From Eledone cirrhosa (taxonomy: Eukaryota), in contig OZ024752.1 of assembly GCA_964016885.1 (NCBI GenBank), positions 36,084,001 through 36,148,000 of the forward strand: 64,000 bases of DNA. The letters run 5' to 3'. Position 1 is the first letter of the stretch. Every line of letters begins with the position of its first letter. Below the pieces are notes generated by a model that saw nothing but the letters and a program-made list of their open reading frames with translations, was not told where the DNA came from and searched no databases. This document shows positions 13,520 to 25,447 of this stretch, one piece after another. The translations under genes and the position numbers were made by a program.

Positions 13520-13985
13520 GTGTGGTGGTGGTGGTGGTGGTGGTGGTGGTGGTAGTGCATGTGGTGGCAGCAATAGTAGCAGTGGTGGTGATGGTGACTG
13601 TGGTGGTGGTATTGGTGGCAGTGGTGGTGGTGGTATTGGTGGCAGTGGTATTGGTGGCAGTGGTGATGGTGGCAGTGGTGGTGGTGTTGTTGGTGGCAGT
13701 GGTGGTGGTGATGGTGGTGTTGTGGCAGTGGTGGTGTTGGTGGCAGTGGTGGTGATGGTGACTGTGGTGGTGATGGTGGCGGTGTTGGTGGCAGTGGTGG
13801 TGATGGTGACTGTGGCAGTGGTGATAGTGGCAGTGGTGGTGATGGTGAAAATGGCAGTTTTGGTGACAGGGGTGGTAGTGGTTTTGGTAGTGGTCATGGT
13901 GGTGGTGGTGGTGGTTTTGGCAGTGGTGGTGATGGTGTTTTGACAGTGATGGCTTTGGTGACAGTGGTGATAGTAGTTTTGGTGG
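13520..13985. repeat. Degenerate (GGT/GGC)n microsatellite in a taxilin intron
   Basis: Direct inspection. Confidence 0.95.
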
Positions 13986-14087
13986 GCGCGGGGCGGGGGG
14001 CATGGCATTAACAGGAGGGATGGCGGTGATGACAATGACAATGACGATAATACTAATAATTATAATAATAACAACAACAACAATTAC

Positions 14088-14198
14088 CTTAATGATTCGA
14101 TTGTGCTTTTGTAGTTCTCGACACAAACTTTCTAATCGACTTTTAGCCATCAAAGCTTTATTGTTCTCAAGTTGAAGCTGATCTTTCTGTCTGGAGAA
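14088..14198 (-). CDS. Taxilin-family exon with hallmark LESLCRELQ motif
   Basis: tag/gtaat. FSRQKDQLQLENNKALMAKSRLESLCRELQKHNRIIK. Confidence 0.95.
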
Positions 14199-16423
14199 CT
14201 AGAACAGAAAAATATAGAAATATTTAGAAGAAATAATCATCTTTACTAATAACTTCAATAAAAATAATTGTTTCTACTTTTGGCACAAGGCCAGCAATTA
14301 CCCAGTGCATTACTGGTACTTTATTTTATCAACCTCTGTAAGGATGAAAAGCAAAGTCAACCTCGGCGGGATTTGAACTCAGATCGTAAAGGGACGTAAC
14401 TATGCTGGAAAGCATAATAATTGTTTCTACTTTAGGCACAAGGCCAGCAATTACCCAGTGCATTACTGGTACTTTATTTTATCGACCTCTGTAAGGATGA
14501 AAGGCAAAGTCAACCTCGGCGGGATTTGAACTCAGATCGTAAAGGGACGTAACTATGCTGGACAGCATGGCGTCCGACCCTCTACCGATACTGCCAATCC
14601 ACCGCCCTCAGCATAATAATGAAAATTATTGTGTACAGTGCTCAGGTGCACTACAACTTATCAAAGGTGCAAGTAGAGTACATAGAATAACGTACAAATG
14701 TCAGGAAAGTAAACAGTGTATGAGTCATTATATACACACAGACACATGCGTGCGTGTGTATGGAGGGGGAACATCAGGTGTAGTGTTGGCGAATTTTGGG
14801 AAGCATGGAAGTTTTGAAGGATGCAGTATCCCGACAGCTAACAACTGGTGCAGGTAGTTTGTTCCATGATTCAGCAGTGTGATAGGTGATGGTAATAAAC
14901 TTCATGAAGTATTTTACTGAAATGTGCTGAAGAGATTACTGTACTGAGTGGCCTTTTGATGTGTATGGATGATGATTGACTGATGGGTGAAGAAGTACCA
15001 AGAAATATTGGTAAAAGGAAACTGCTGTTAGAGGTAGACCAAGGCAGTAGCAGGAAATCAAGGAAGTCCTGAGCAGTGGTTGTAAGAACTTGATCTCAAA
15101 TTACCGAGGCACTCAGAGGAGGTAACAAAGGACTGCAACATGTGGAGGTATGTTGTGCAGGTAAAAACCCAACCAACCTCTGCTAGCATGGAAAAAAAAA
15201 TGGGTGTAAACTGGTGAAGATGATGATGAAAACTAATAGATGGATACACTTCATTCCATTTTATCAGAATGTCTGAGATAAAGAATTATCATTATTAAAC
15301 TCTGATGAAGGGCAGTGCATTGGCAGTTCAGTAGAGCATTGGCATATAGTTACAGCCCTTTACATTCAAAAACCGTTATTAAGGTCATTGGATTGACAGT
15401 ATCGGTAGAACATCAGTATAACATGCTTCCCAGCATTTAGTTACGTCCCTTTATGTTCTGAGTTGAAAGCTCGGGATCGATAAAATAATTGTTTCTACTT
15501 TTGGCACAAGGCCAGCAATTATCCCAGTGCATTACTGGTACTTTATTTTATCGACCCCGTAAGGATGAAAGGCAAAGTTAACCTCGGCGGGATTTGAACT
15601 CAGATCATAAAGGGAGGTAACTCTATGCTTCAAAGCATGGCGTCGGGATCGATAAAATAATGTACCAGTAACACACAGGGGTTGATTTAATTGACTTTCC
15701 CCTCCCCCAAAATTGTTGACTTTGTGCCTAAATCAGAAACCATTATTTCATTGTGAAAATTTGCAGTATTAGACTAAAGACTAATTTTTAATGGGATGTA
15801 AGTGCCTACAGTCAGTAGGTACCTCTTAACCCAATGTACACCCCCAAACACCCTACCCCATCCTCCCTCTCCCGTCCCGTCCTGTCAGTACACACTATAA
15901 GGTGGTCATGTAGGAGACACGGTAAAAAGGCTCCCAGTCCACACTGTAAATGTAGTTGGTGTTAGGAAGGGCATCCAGCTGTAAAAAACCTGCCAGAGAC
16001 ACTTCCGTACGAGAGAGACAAGGTCTCCCGATCATGCCTGCATCAAATGGAACAAAACCGTCTAACCCATGCTAGCGTGGAAGGTGGACGTTAAACGATG
16101 ATGATGATAATGATGTAGTCATAGTGCTGTTTGGTATTTTTCAAGAATGTCTTGCTAATGCGGTTTCATATGGTACAGGATGTCAAGAATTAATGGCATA
16201 AATGACCAATTCCACACTGTAAATGTGGTTGGTGTTAGGAAGGGCATCCAGCCGTAGAAAACCTGCAAACCTGCCAGATAGTCCTATATGAGTGAGACAC
16301 GGTCACCCGACCAACCTTGCCCCAAGTGGGACAACTCCCGACTAACCCATGCTAGCATAGAAGATGGACGTTAAACGAAGATGATGATGATGATGATGAA
16401 ATAAGAATCCTTTCAAAACCTAC

Positions 16424-16563
16424 CACCAAGAGTTTTCTTTCAGTCACTCTTTGGTTAGAAGTTAAGGTACGATTTTCTTCACTAATGGCATTATATTTCT
16501 TAGAAAGCACTGATAATTTTCCCTCAGCTGTTGGTATATTGCTTAAGGCTCGCAAGGCATGGT
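16424..16563 (-). CDS. Taxilin-family exon (start of coiled-coil domain)
   Basis: cag/gtaggt, phase 1/0. (D)HALRALSNIPTAEGKLSVLSKKYNAISEENRTLTSNQRVTERKLLV. Confidence 0.88.
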
Positions 16564-17463
16564 CTGAAAAGAAAATATATTCTTACAATGAAATATATAA
16601 ATACAATTATAAAATAACAGAAAATAGTTAAATCTTGAAAGTTTAAATCTATCAATAGTTAAATCTCTACAACCTTACATTATAATGATGATGATGATAT
16701 ATACACATATACACAAATTATTATGTAAACATGATGATGATATATATATATATATATATATAAATATATATATATAAATATATACACATACACAGATTAT
16801 GTATTAAACATGAAGATGATGATGTGATATATATATATATATAGGAAAAAGTATGACCCCGACGGCAAAGCTCAAGCCATTTCGACAGCTATTTCTGGAC
16901 GCAGAAATAGCCGTCGAAATGGCTTGAGCTCTGCCGTCGGGGTCATACTTTTTCCTATTTCCCACTCTACTACCCTAAGTATTGAGTACTCTGGTGCGTT
17001 ATGGTCCATCTGGTTCCTTACCACAATTCCTTTGTTATATATATATAAATATATATATATAACAAAGGAATTGTGGTAAAGAACCAAATGGACCATAACG
17101 CACCAGAGTACTCAATACTTAGGGTAGTAGAGTGGGAAATAGGAAAAAGTATGACTCCGACGGCAGAGCTCAAGCCATTTCGACGGCTATTTCTGCGTCC
17201 AGAAATAGCCGTCGAAATGGCTTGAGCTCTGCCGTCGGGGTCATACTTATACATATATATATATATATCAAGTAAAAATAACGGAGCAAAGGACTCGCGT
17301 ATAATCCTGTAATTAAATGAGCTCAAAGGAAAGAGTTTTCCTGGGCACTTTAAAATACAATATATAGAGGGGAAAGACACAGAAGAGTGTGTTTCTCTTT
17401 ACAGGAATTTCAAACCACCAGCGTGAAGAGAATATAAGCTACCAGAGGCATAGGAAAAACATT

Positions 17464-17512
<49 letters not shown>

Positions 17513-17611
17513 TCTGAAATATTAAGACCCTCTTCCTGCTATATCAAGCATTAACCTAATATATCCCTTCCAGATACTGTACCAATTGTGTTGTTATTTC
17601 TGTTTACCTTT

Positions 17612-17648
<37 letters not shown>

Positions 17649-18217
17649 TATTTACGTATCGAGAGAGAGAAAAAAAGGGAGGATAGGTGATACATATAGT
17701 TATTTGCCAAGTAGCATATGCCAAAGGTGCTCGATACTAGTGCCGGCAGTATTAAATATTCGAAGTGTTAATATTTAGTGGGCTAGAGAGTTAGCAGAGC
17801 GTAAGCACGTGGGAAAGTAAGAAATCGGAGAATAGACCGTTAAAACATATTTATTTAAAACACCACCTATGTACGCTTTGTCCAGTTGGGCTTCTCAAGG
17901 GCATAAATAACCAAAAGTGTTCCTTACATTGCTCGGAAAGAGTTTTGGGGGTTAGGTTCACGTCAAAATTCATTGCTCGCAAAAATAGCGTATTTTGATT
18001 TTGCAGCAGGTCAAAATCAAAATCAAAATACGCTATTTTTGCGAGCAATGAATTTTGACGTGAACCTAACCCCCAAAACTCTTTCCGAGCAATGTAAGGA
18101 ACACTTTTGGTTGTTTATGCCCTTGAGAAGCCCAACTGGACAAAGCGTACATAGGTGGTGTTTTAAATAAACATGTTTTAACGGTCTATTCTCCGATTTC
18201 TTACTTTTCCACGTGTG

Positions 18218-18260
<43 letters not shown>

Positions 18261-19905
18261 TAAAATAACAGATTTAAGTTTAAGCAAAGAATCGCTGCTT
18301 TCACCCTTAACGGGATCTTCTGAAACTAACAAAGTCAATCTGTAAACACAGAAGTGGATATTTCAAAAAACGTTGCAACCGGAGGAAGACAGGAAGATGA
18401 TACTTTGGTTCGTGGAAACGTTCCCTGGCAAAGAACGGGAAAAACGAATATAATACGTCATTAATAGGAGCGGTGAAAAACAATTACGCGCAAAGACAGA
18501 ACCACGTTTATGGTATAAAAGAAGTCGTAGACTAATGTTCTCTTAGGTGGTTCATAGAGACGTTCTCTGGCAATGAACGAAAAAAACGAAGATAATACGT
18601 CGTATGTGGAGCGTGGAGAACAATTGCACGCAAAGATAAAACCATGTAAATGGTATAGCAGAAGTCGTAGACTAAATTCTAACTAGGAGACCGAATGAAT
18701 CTCCACTTCAGAGTTAAGAATAAAGTAAATAAATACAATACAGAGGTAATAGAAATTAATAAATACATACACGCATACAGATATGTACATACACAAGCAT
18801 ACGCAAAAACACTTACCATAGGTATACAAAACCAAGCACATATAAATGTGTGTGTGTGTGTGTGTGCGCGTGTATACAAATAAATAAATAATTAAATAAA
18901 CGTATATAAATAAATAAATACGTATATAACAAGCGCACACACATACCTACATGTAAATACACAAATGTTTGGAGACGTAAGTCAACCAAAACATGAAGTA
19001 CACATATACACACACCCTACATACGTACGAACCTGCATACTCACACAGACGCAAAAAACCCCCGTATACACATAACCAAACCATATGTACCAGAATATAT
19101 AAAATTATACGCCATAACATATACAATCAAATATACGTGCCCCAGCATGGCCTCAGCCGGATGGCTGAAACAGGTAAAAGAGTAAAAGAGTACCTTCACA
19201 AAACATACAGGTAATATATACTTACCTATGCAAATAAGTAATGGTATAAACAAAACATATACTTAGCTACCACATCAAGACGTAAAATATCCACGTGTGT
19301 GCGCTTGTTATATACGTATTTATTTATTTATATACGTTTATTTAATTATTTATTTATTTGTATACATGCACACACACACACACATATTTATGTGTGTGGT
19401 TTTGTATACCTATGGTAAGTGTTTTCGCGTATGCTTGTGTATGTACGTATCTGTATGCGTGTATGTATTTATTAATTTCTATTACCTCTGTATTGTATTT
19501 ATTTACTTTGTTCTTAACTCTGTAGCGGAGATTCATTCAGTCTCCTAGTTAGAATTTTAGTCTACGACTTCTGCTATACCATTTACATGGTTTTATCTTT
19601 GCGTGCAACTGTTCTCCACGCTCCACATATGACGTATTATCTTCGTTTTTTTCGTTCATTGCCAGAGAACGTCTCTATGAACCACCTAAGAGAACATTAG
19701 TCTACGACCTCTTTTATACCATAAATGTGGTTCTGTCTTTGCGCGTAATTGTTTTTCACCGCTCCTATTAATGACGTATTATATTCGTTTTTTCCCGTTC
19801 TTTGCCAGGGAACGTCTCCACGAACCAAAGTATCGTCTTCCTGTCTTCCTCCGGTTGCAACGTTTTTTGAAATATCCACTTCTGTGTTTACAGATTGACT
19901 TTGTT

Positions 19906-19956
19906 AGTTTCAGAAGATCCCGTTAAGGGTGAAAGCAGTGATTCTTTGCTTAAACT
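19906..19956 (+). ncRNA. Variant hammerhead-like fold (inverted twin at 18277-18327, minus strand)
   Basis: AGTTT CAGAAGA tCCC gttaa GGGt GAAAGCA...TGCTT AAACT. U4>A and a T.T pair at the base of stem II are non-canonical. Confidence 0.4.
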
Positions 19957-20084
19957 TTAATCTGTTATTTTAATAAATATTTGCTCTACGGTTCTTATAT
20001 ATTCGATATATATTTATCCTTATTGAGCCCTCTTTGGATTTTAGTCTTCAAATTTATTATTATTGCTATATATATATATATATC

Positions 20085-20572
20085 CTCAGTGTATACTGAT
20101 TAATGTTCAGAGCCTTCCTCAGCATTCTCGTGTAGCACCCATCCACCATCTGAGTGAGTTTCTTGGTCAGTATCCAAGTCTCAGACCCATACAGCAGCAC
20201 AGACTCCACTACAGCAATGAAGAGGGGGACCTTCAGGTCTCTACGAAGGACCAACTTCCACACCGATCTCAAGCTGTGGCACGCCGCCTAGGCCTTGCTC
20301 TTCCTCTCAACCACAAGTCAGCTCAAAAGTGACAGAGGAGACTGAGGCTAGCTGGACATGCTCACCGACATCCAGAGTTGACATTGCACTTAGTGCTCCT
20401 TTGGGAGCCCCTACATGGACACACTAGAAGAGGAAGACCAAGGTTAATGTATGTTGATGCCCTAAGGACAGACACTGGTCTGTTGGATACGCAGGACATG
20501 GCAGCGATAATGAGGGACAGAGACCGCTGGAGAGAACTCGTCCATGGATCTCGGGAATTTTACCCGCCTTAG
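20085..20572. mobile_element. RTE-like LINE fragment with inverted 5' part
   Basis: Minus strand 'VESVLLYGSETW..TKK..DGCYTRMLRKALNI' next to plus strand 'RRLRLAGH..RRGRP'. Confidence 0.75.
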
Positions 20573-22485
20573 ATAGAGAGAGAGAGAGAGAGAGGCACAT
20601 GGCTTAGTGGTTAGAGCATTGGGCTTGCAATCGAAAGGTTGTGAGTTCAATTCTCAGACCGGGTGATGTGTTGTTTCCTTTATTTCACATTGCTACAGTT
20701 TACTCAGCTGTAGAAATGAGATGATAGGGACTGGGGTCCCTATCATTCTACTGCAAAGTGGTCGTGGAGGTGCCACGGCAAAAGAGCACCCAGCACCCAC
20801 TGTAAATGAGGTTGGTGTTAGGAAGGGCATCCAGCTGTAGAAATCAAGCCAGCATCAGTTCCCGTCCCACCCTTGCAAGCAGGGAAAAAGCGGACGTAAA
20901 ATGAAATGATGAAATGATGATATATGATGGCCTCAGCAACTCGATTTCGAGTAATGCCATCGTTTGATACTTCAGCATGAGCATCACAGACGTGGCTTTT
21001 TAGTCTTTCTAGGGACTTGCCTGTGGCCAGCAATGCTATGCATCACAAAAAATGTCACATATCAAGTCATGTCTGTGCTTGAAGCTTTTTTAAGTGACGA
21101 AAGGCTTTGCACAGCACCAACCCCACCCTTTGAACATTGAATGCATTTACTCAAAACGTAGAACTGGTCTGCATCATTGGATGCAAGCAAAGTATGACAG
21201 AGTGACCTTCCCCTAGAGAGATGTTTTAATGAAGACTAGCAGTCTCTCGCTCCACAAATATATATATATACCTGAGGTATCTGATTTTTAATGCGATGAA
21301 ATACCAATGATGGTTGGAAAATCACTGACGAAGGACTATTTTTATCATATGTAACCCATGTGCAAACCACGCAGTATTCTTCTTTCTTATGTTTTTTATA
21401 TATATTTACCTCGGCTGCATTTGTCTGTTTCTCTCTTACTGCTTCCCCGCTCTCTCTGTTTCTCTCACCTTCTTCCGCCCCCTCTGTCAGTTACACTTTC
21501 TCTCGACTGACCTCTTCCTCACACTTCCACTCACTCACTCACTGTTTCTCCCCTTCTCACTTCCTCCCGCTTGGCTTGTGTGGGTCTCTTCTTGCTCACA
21601 TCTCACACACATCGACACGGCCTGTACCTCTCTCGCTCATGAAATCCACCCAGCTTATGCTGACCGGACAACCATGTTGCTTGTTTGTTTTCCTATCTTC
21701 GGTTTATTTTCATCCTTCTATGTTGTTTACTTGTCCCCCTCGCCTTACGCGAATTCTGGTCCCAATAACTTTTTTTAGTTATTGCTCGCACCAACCTGAG
21801 GTATATGATTTTTAATGTGATGAAATACCAATGATGGTTGGAAAATCACTGACGAAGGACTATTTTTATCATATGTAACCCATGTGCAAACCACGCAGTA
21901 TTCTTCTTTCTTATGTTTTATATATATATATAAAACATAAGAAAGAAGAATACTGCATGGTTTATATATATCAGCACTATGTTTACCACAGATATTGTAT
22001 ATATATATATATATATATATATACAATATCTGTGGTAAACATAGTGCTGATATATACATATATACACAAATTATGTAGTAGACATGATTATACATATATA
22101 TATATATATATATATACAACTGTGTTGTGAGTGTATATGTGCGTGTATACATATATATACATACATTATACATATATATATATATATATACAAATTCTGT
22201 AGTAAACATGATGATGATATATATACATATACAGATGTGTGTGTATGTATATATATATGTTTGTGTGTGTATATATATATATATATATATTAGGTATAGG
22301 ATTATCCAAGATGTAGTAATGGTTAATTACTACACTGGATATGGTTGACGTACGGTGAGAGGTTACTCTACGAGTTATGGAAGAATTGTTGAAGAAACTT
22401 AGTTCCTGATCCTTCTGTATTCCGGAGTGTATATAAAGAATGAATAATAACAGGTAGACATCATAAAAAGGTAATTTATTCCGTG

Positions 22486-22597
22486 TGCTTACAAATGTTT
22501 CCACGGTGGTACTACAGCCTAGTTATGCTATGTGCAAATTTACAAGTATTTGCAGAACTCAAATATCCAATGCTGTGACCACTGTATCCTCAGAGCA
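22486..22597 (-). ncRNA. Hammerhead-like fold with long stem II
   Basis: Minus strand: TGCT CTGAGGA tACAGTGGT...ACCACCGTg GAAAC ATTT GTA AGCA. Confidence 0.5.
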
Positions 22598-25447
22598 GAA
22601 TGGTAAAATGTACAATGTAAATACCCTTAAGTGGGGTTGTTGGGGAAGATAGAGTAGAAAAGGAAGAGAGAAAAGTAGGGGAGAGGGAGAGAGAGAGAAA
22701 GATATGCAGGGGTTGGAGAAGTAGGAGAGAGTGGTTTGTAGATATCTTAATCAAAATGTTATGGTAGGGGTTTTATTATACTGGTTACTTTTGGAGAGAT
22801 GCGTTGATAGTTAAGGTCGGAATTATTTATTGCCCCAGAGGGCAGGTTCATAGATGTGGAGAGGGAGGTAGGCGAAAGGCGAGAGAGAGAGAGTGTAATG
22901 GATGTAGAGAGAGAGGTAGAGAGGGAACAGACGAAGTTTATGTGGTGAGTGAACTTTGGGTTTGTAGTAGTAATCTGTGAATTGCACTGAGTTACCATTT
23001 ATAGTGATAAGCAGGATAGTGGTCACAGCATTGGATATTTGAATTCTGCAAATATTTGTAAATTTGCACATAGCATAACTAGGCTGTAGTACCACCGTGG
23101 AAACATTTGTAAGCACACGGAATAAATTACCTTTTTATGATGTCTACCTGTTATTATTCATTCTTTATATATATACATACATTCACGTTTATGTAAGTAA
23201 AAACCTACTACAGTCAGTAGGCATCTCTAACAAAATACACCCCCGTCCCACCACCCTCACCCCATCCACACCGCCCCTTTCAATGTAAAGTTATGTTGGT
23301 GCCACAAAATCCAGGCCGAAACAAATGAGATCGTGTAGGTGTCACGACAAAAAAAACACACAGTCCACGCTGTAATGTGACCGTGTAGGCAACACGGTAA
23401 AAACCTCCCAGTCCCACACTGTAAATGTGGTTGGTGTTAGGAAGGGCATCCAGCTGTAGAAAACCTGCCAGACAGTCCACGCTGTAATGTGGCCGTGTAG
23501 GCAACACGGTAAAAACCTCCCAGCCCCACACTGTAAATGTGGTTGGTGTTAGGAAGGGCATCCAACTGTAGAAAACCCGCCAGACAGTCCTATGCGAGCA
23601 AGACAACCACTCTTGCCTCAAGTGGGAAAACTCCTGTCCAAACCCATGCAAGCGTGGAACACGGACGTTAAATGATGATGATGTAACTAACAATGTTATA
23701 GCAAATACATCCTAATGAAACCAAAGCCATATACAGACTGAAGCAAACATAATCCCCCACATACTATACACCACCTACATTCAACTTCATTTACTAGATC
23801 CAAACCCCTTAAGGAAGAGTTAAAGTTCAGGGAGCTTTGACTTCAGTTGACAACAAAAGGTTTCTCTTTCTAAATGAAAGGGATATCGTATGATGTCTGC
23901 ATGTAAAGTACAATGAAACTTCATTATTATCATCATGTCAGAAGTAGCAAGGGTTGTGGATTGGCAGTATCGGTAGAGGATCGGACGCCATGCGTTGACG
24001 CATAGAGTTACGGCCCTTGCCATTCTGAGTTCAAATCCCGCCGAGGTTAACTTTACCTTTCATCCTTACGGGGTCGATAAAATAAAGTACCAGTAATACA
24101 CTGGGATAATTGCTGGCCTTGTGCCAAAAGTAGAAACAATTATTCGAGGGCGGTGGATTGGCAGTATCGGTAGACGGTCGGACGCCATGCTTTCCAGCAT
24201 AGTTACGTCCCTTTACGATCTGAGTTCAAATCCAGCCGAGGTTGACTTTGCCTTTCATCCTTACGGTGTCGATAAAATAAAGTACCAGTAATGCACTGGG
24301 TAATTGCTGGCCTTGTGCCTAAAGTAGAAACAATTATTATCATCATCGTTTAATGTCCGCTTTCCCTGCTAGCAAGGGTTGGACAGATCTACATAGACCA
24401 AGTCAGTACTGAAGCGGGGCTACTGACCTCTTTGACAGGCAGAGGGGTCTGCATCTCGTTTACATACATTCTATCAAGTGCATAGAAGTTGTGTCTTTTG
24501 AGATAAACTGAAGCGTCCTCCTACCCCTTGTTTGGCAACCTTTCTATGGCTGGCTAACGAGAGCACGTGGTTTCTCACCCTGTCAGAAGTAGCAATCAAA
24601 TCTCCCTCAAATCATAACCCATCATCTCAAAAAATGAGGGAATACTGCATACTGTAGTCTTAGATACACATTGACTGAGAAAATGAGATAGTCATGGTTT
24701 GAATAATCATAAGGTTGCAAGTTCAATTCTCGGACCGGGCAATGAATTATGTCCTTGAGCAAGACACTTTATTTCAAGTTGCTCTTTCTGCCAGGAGTTG
24801 TGACCACTAGATAGTATCAGCAACTGGAAACACCAATGGAAACATCATTTCCTTGGCATAATTCGACAAGTTCCACCACACTCAGTAAGCAAATGAGATG
24901 TGGGATGTTGTCGATCGATAGGCATGTTAGATAAGAGCTAAACTGGGGCTAAAGAACAATGGAAGTTGTGTAAAAACACACCTCACAAATGATACATCTC
25001 AATGAGATTTAAGCCGGCTGTATCCGGCCAGAATTCTCTCACCTCTTTCTGTTCAAACCAGCTGTAACTAGCCACTCATACTGATTGTAAAGTATTGTTG
25101 TCAAAATATATCAAAATCTCATAGATTCGATATTATGTGAGAAATTATGTGAGGTAAAGCCTTTACCACGAAAATACAATAGTAAATATAGAGTAAAGGG
25201 TAAAGATGCCATCCTACACATGCGATGCCATGCCATGCATCCTTAACCCATGGCTTATTTGTAAGGGCTCCACTGTTACATACATCAGGCCCCTTTGATC
25301 CTGATGGAGCCCATTCCTATCCAGGTTGAAACACAGTTGATTTTTTTTCCAGAAAAAAAAACCAAGACAAGGTCAAAAAAGAGAGGACACATCAATCAGA
25401 AGAATTGATACCAGTAATAAATATGATGAAAGCATACATATACATAC

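Noticed and set aside
13370-14041. His/Thr/Pro/Gly-rich ORFs
   Set aside because: These are translations of an intronic (GGT)n microsatellite. Only 14088-14198 is a real exon.
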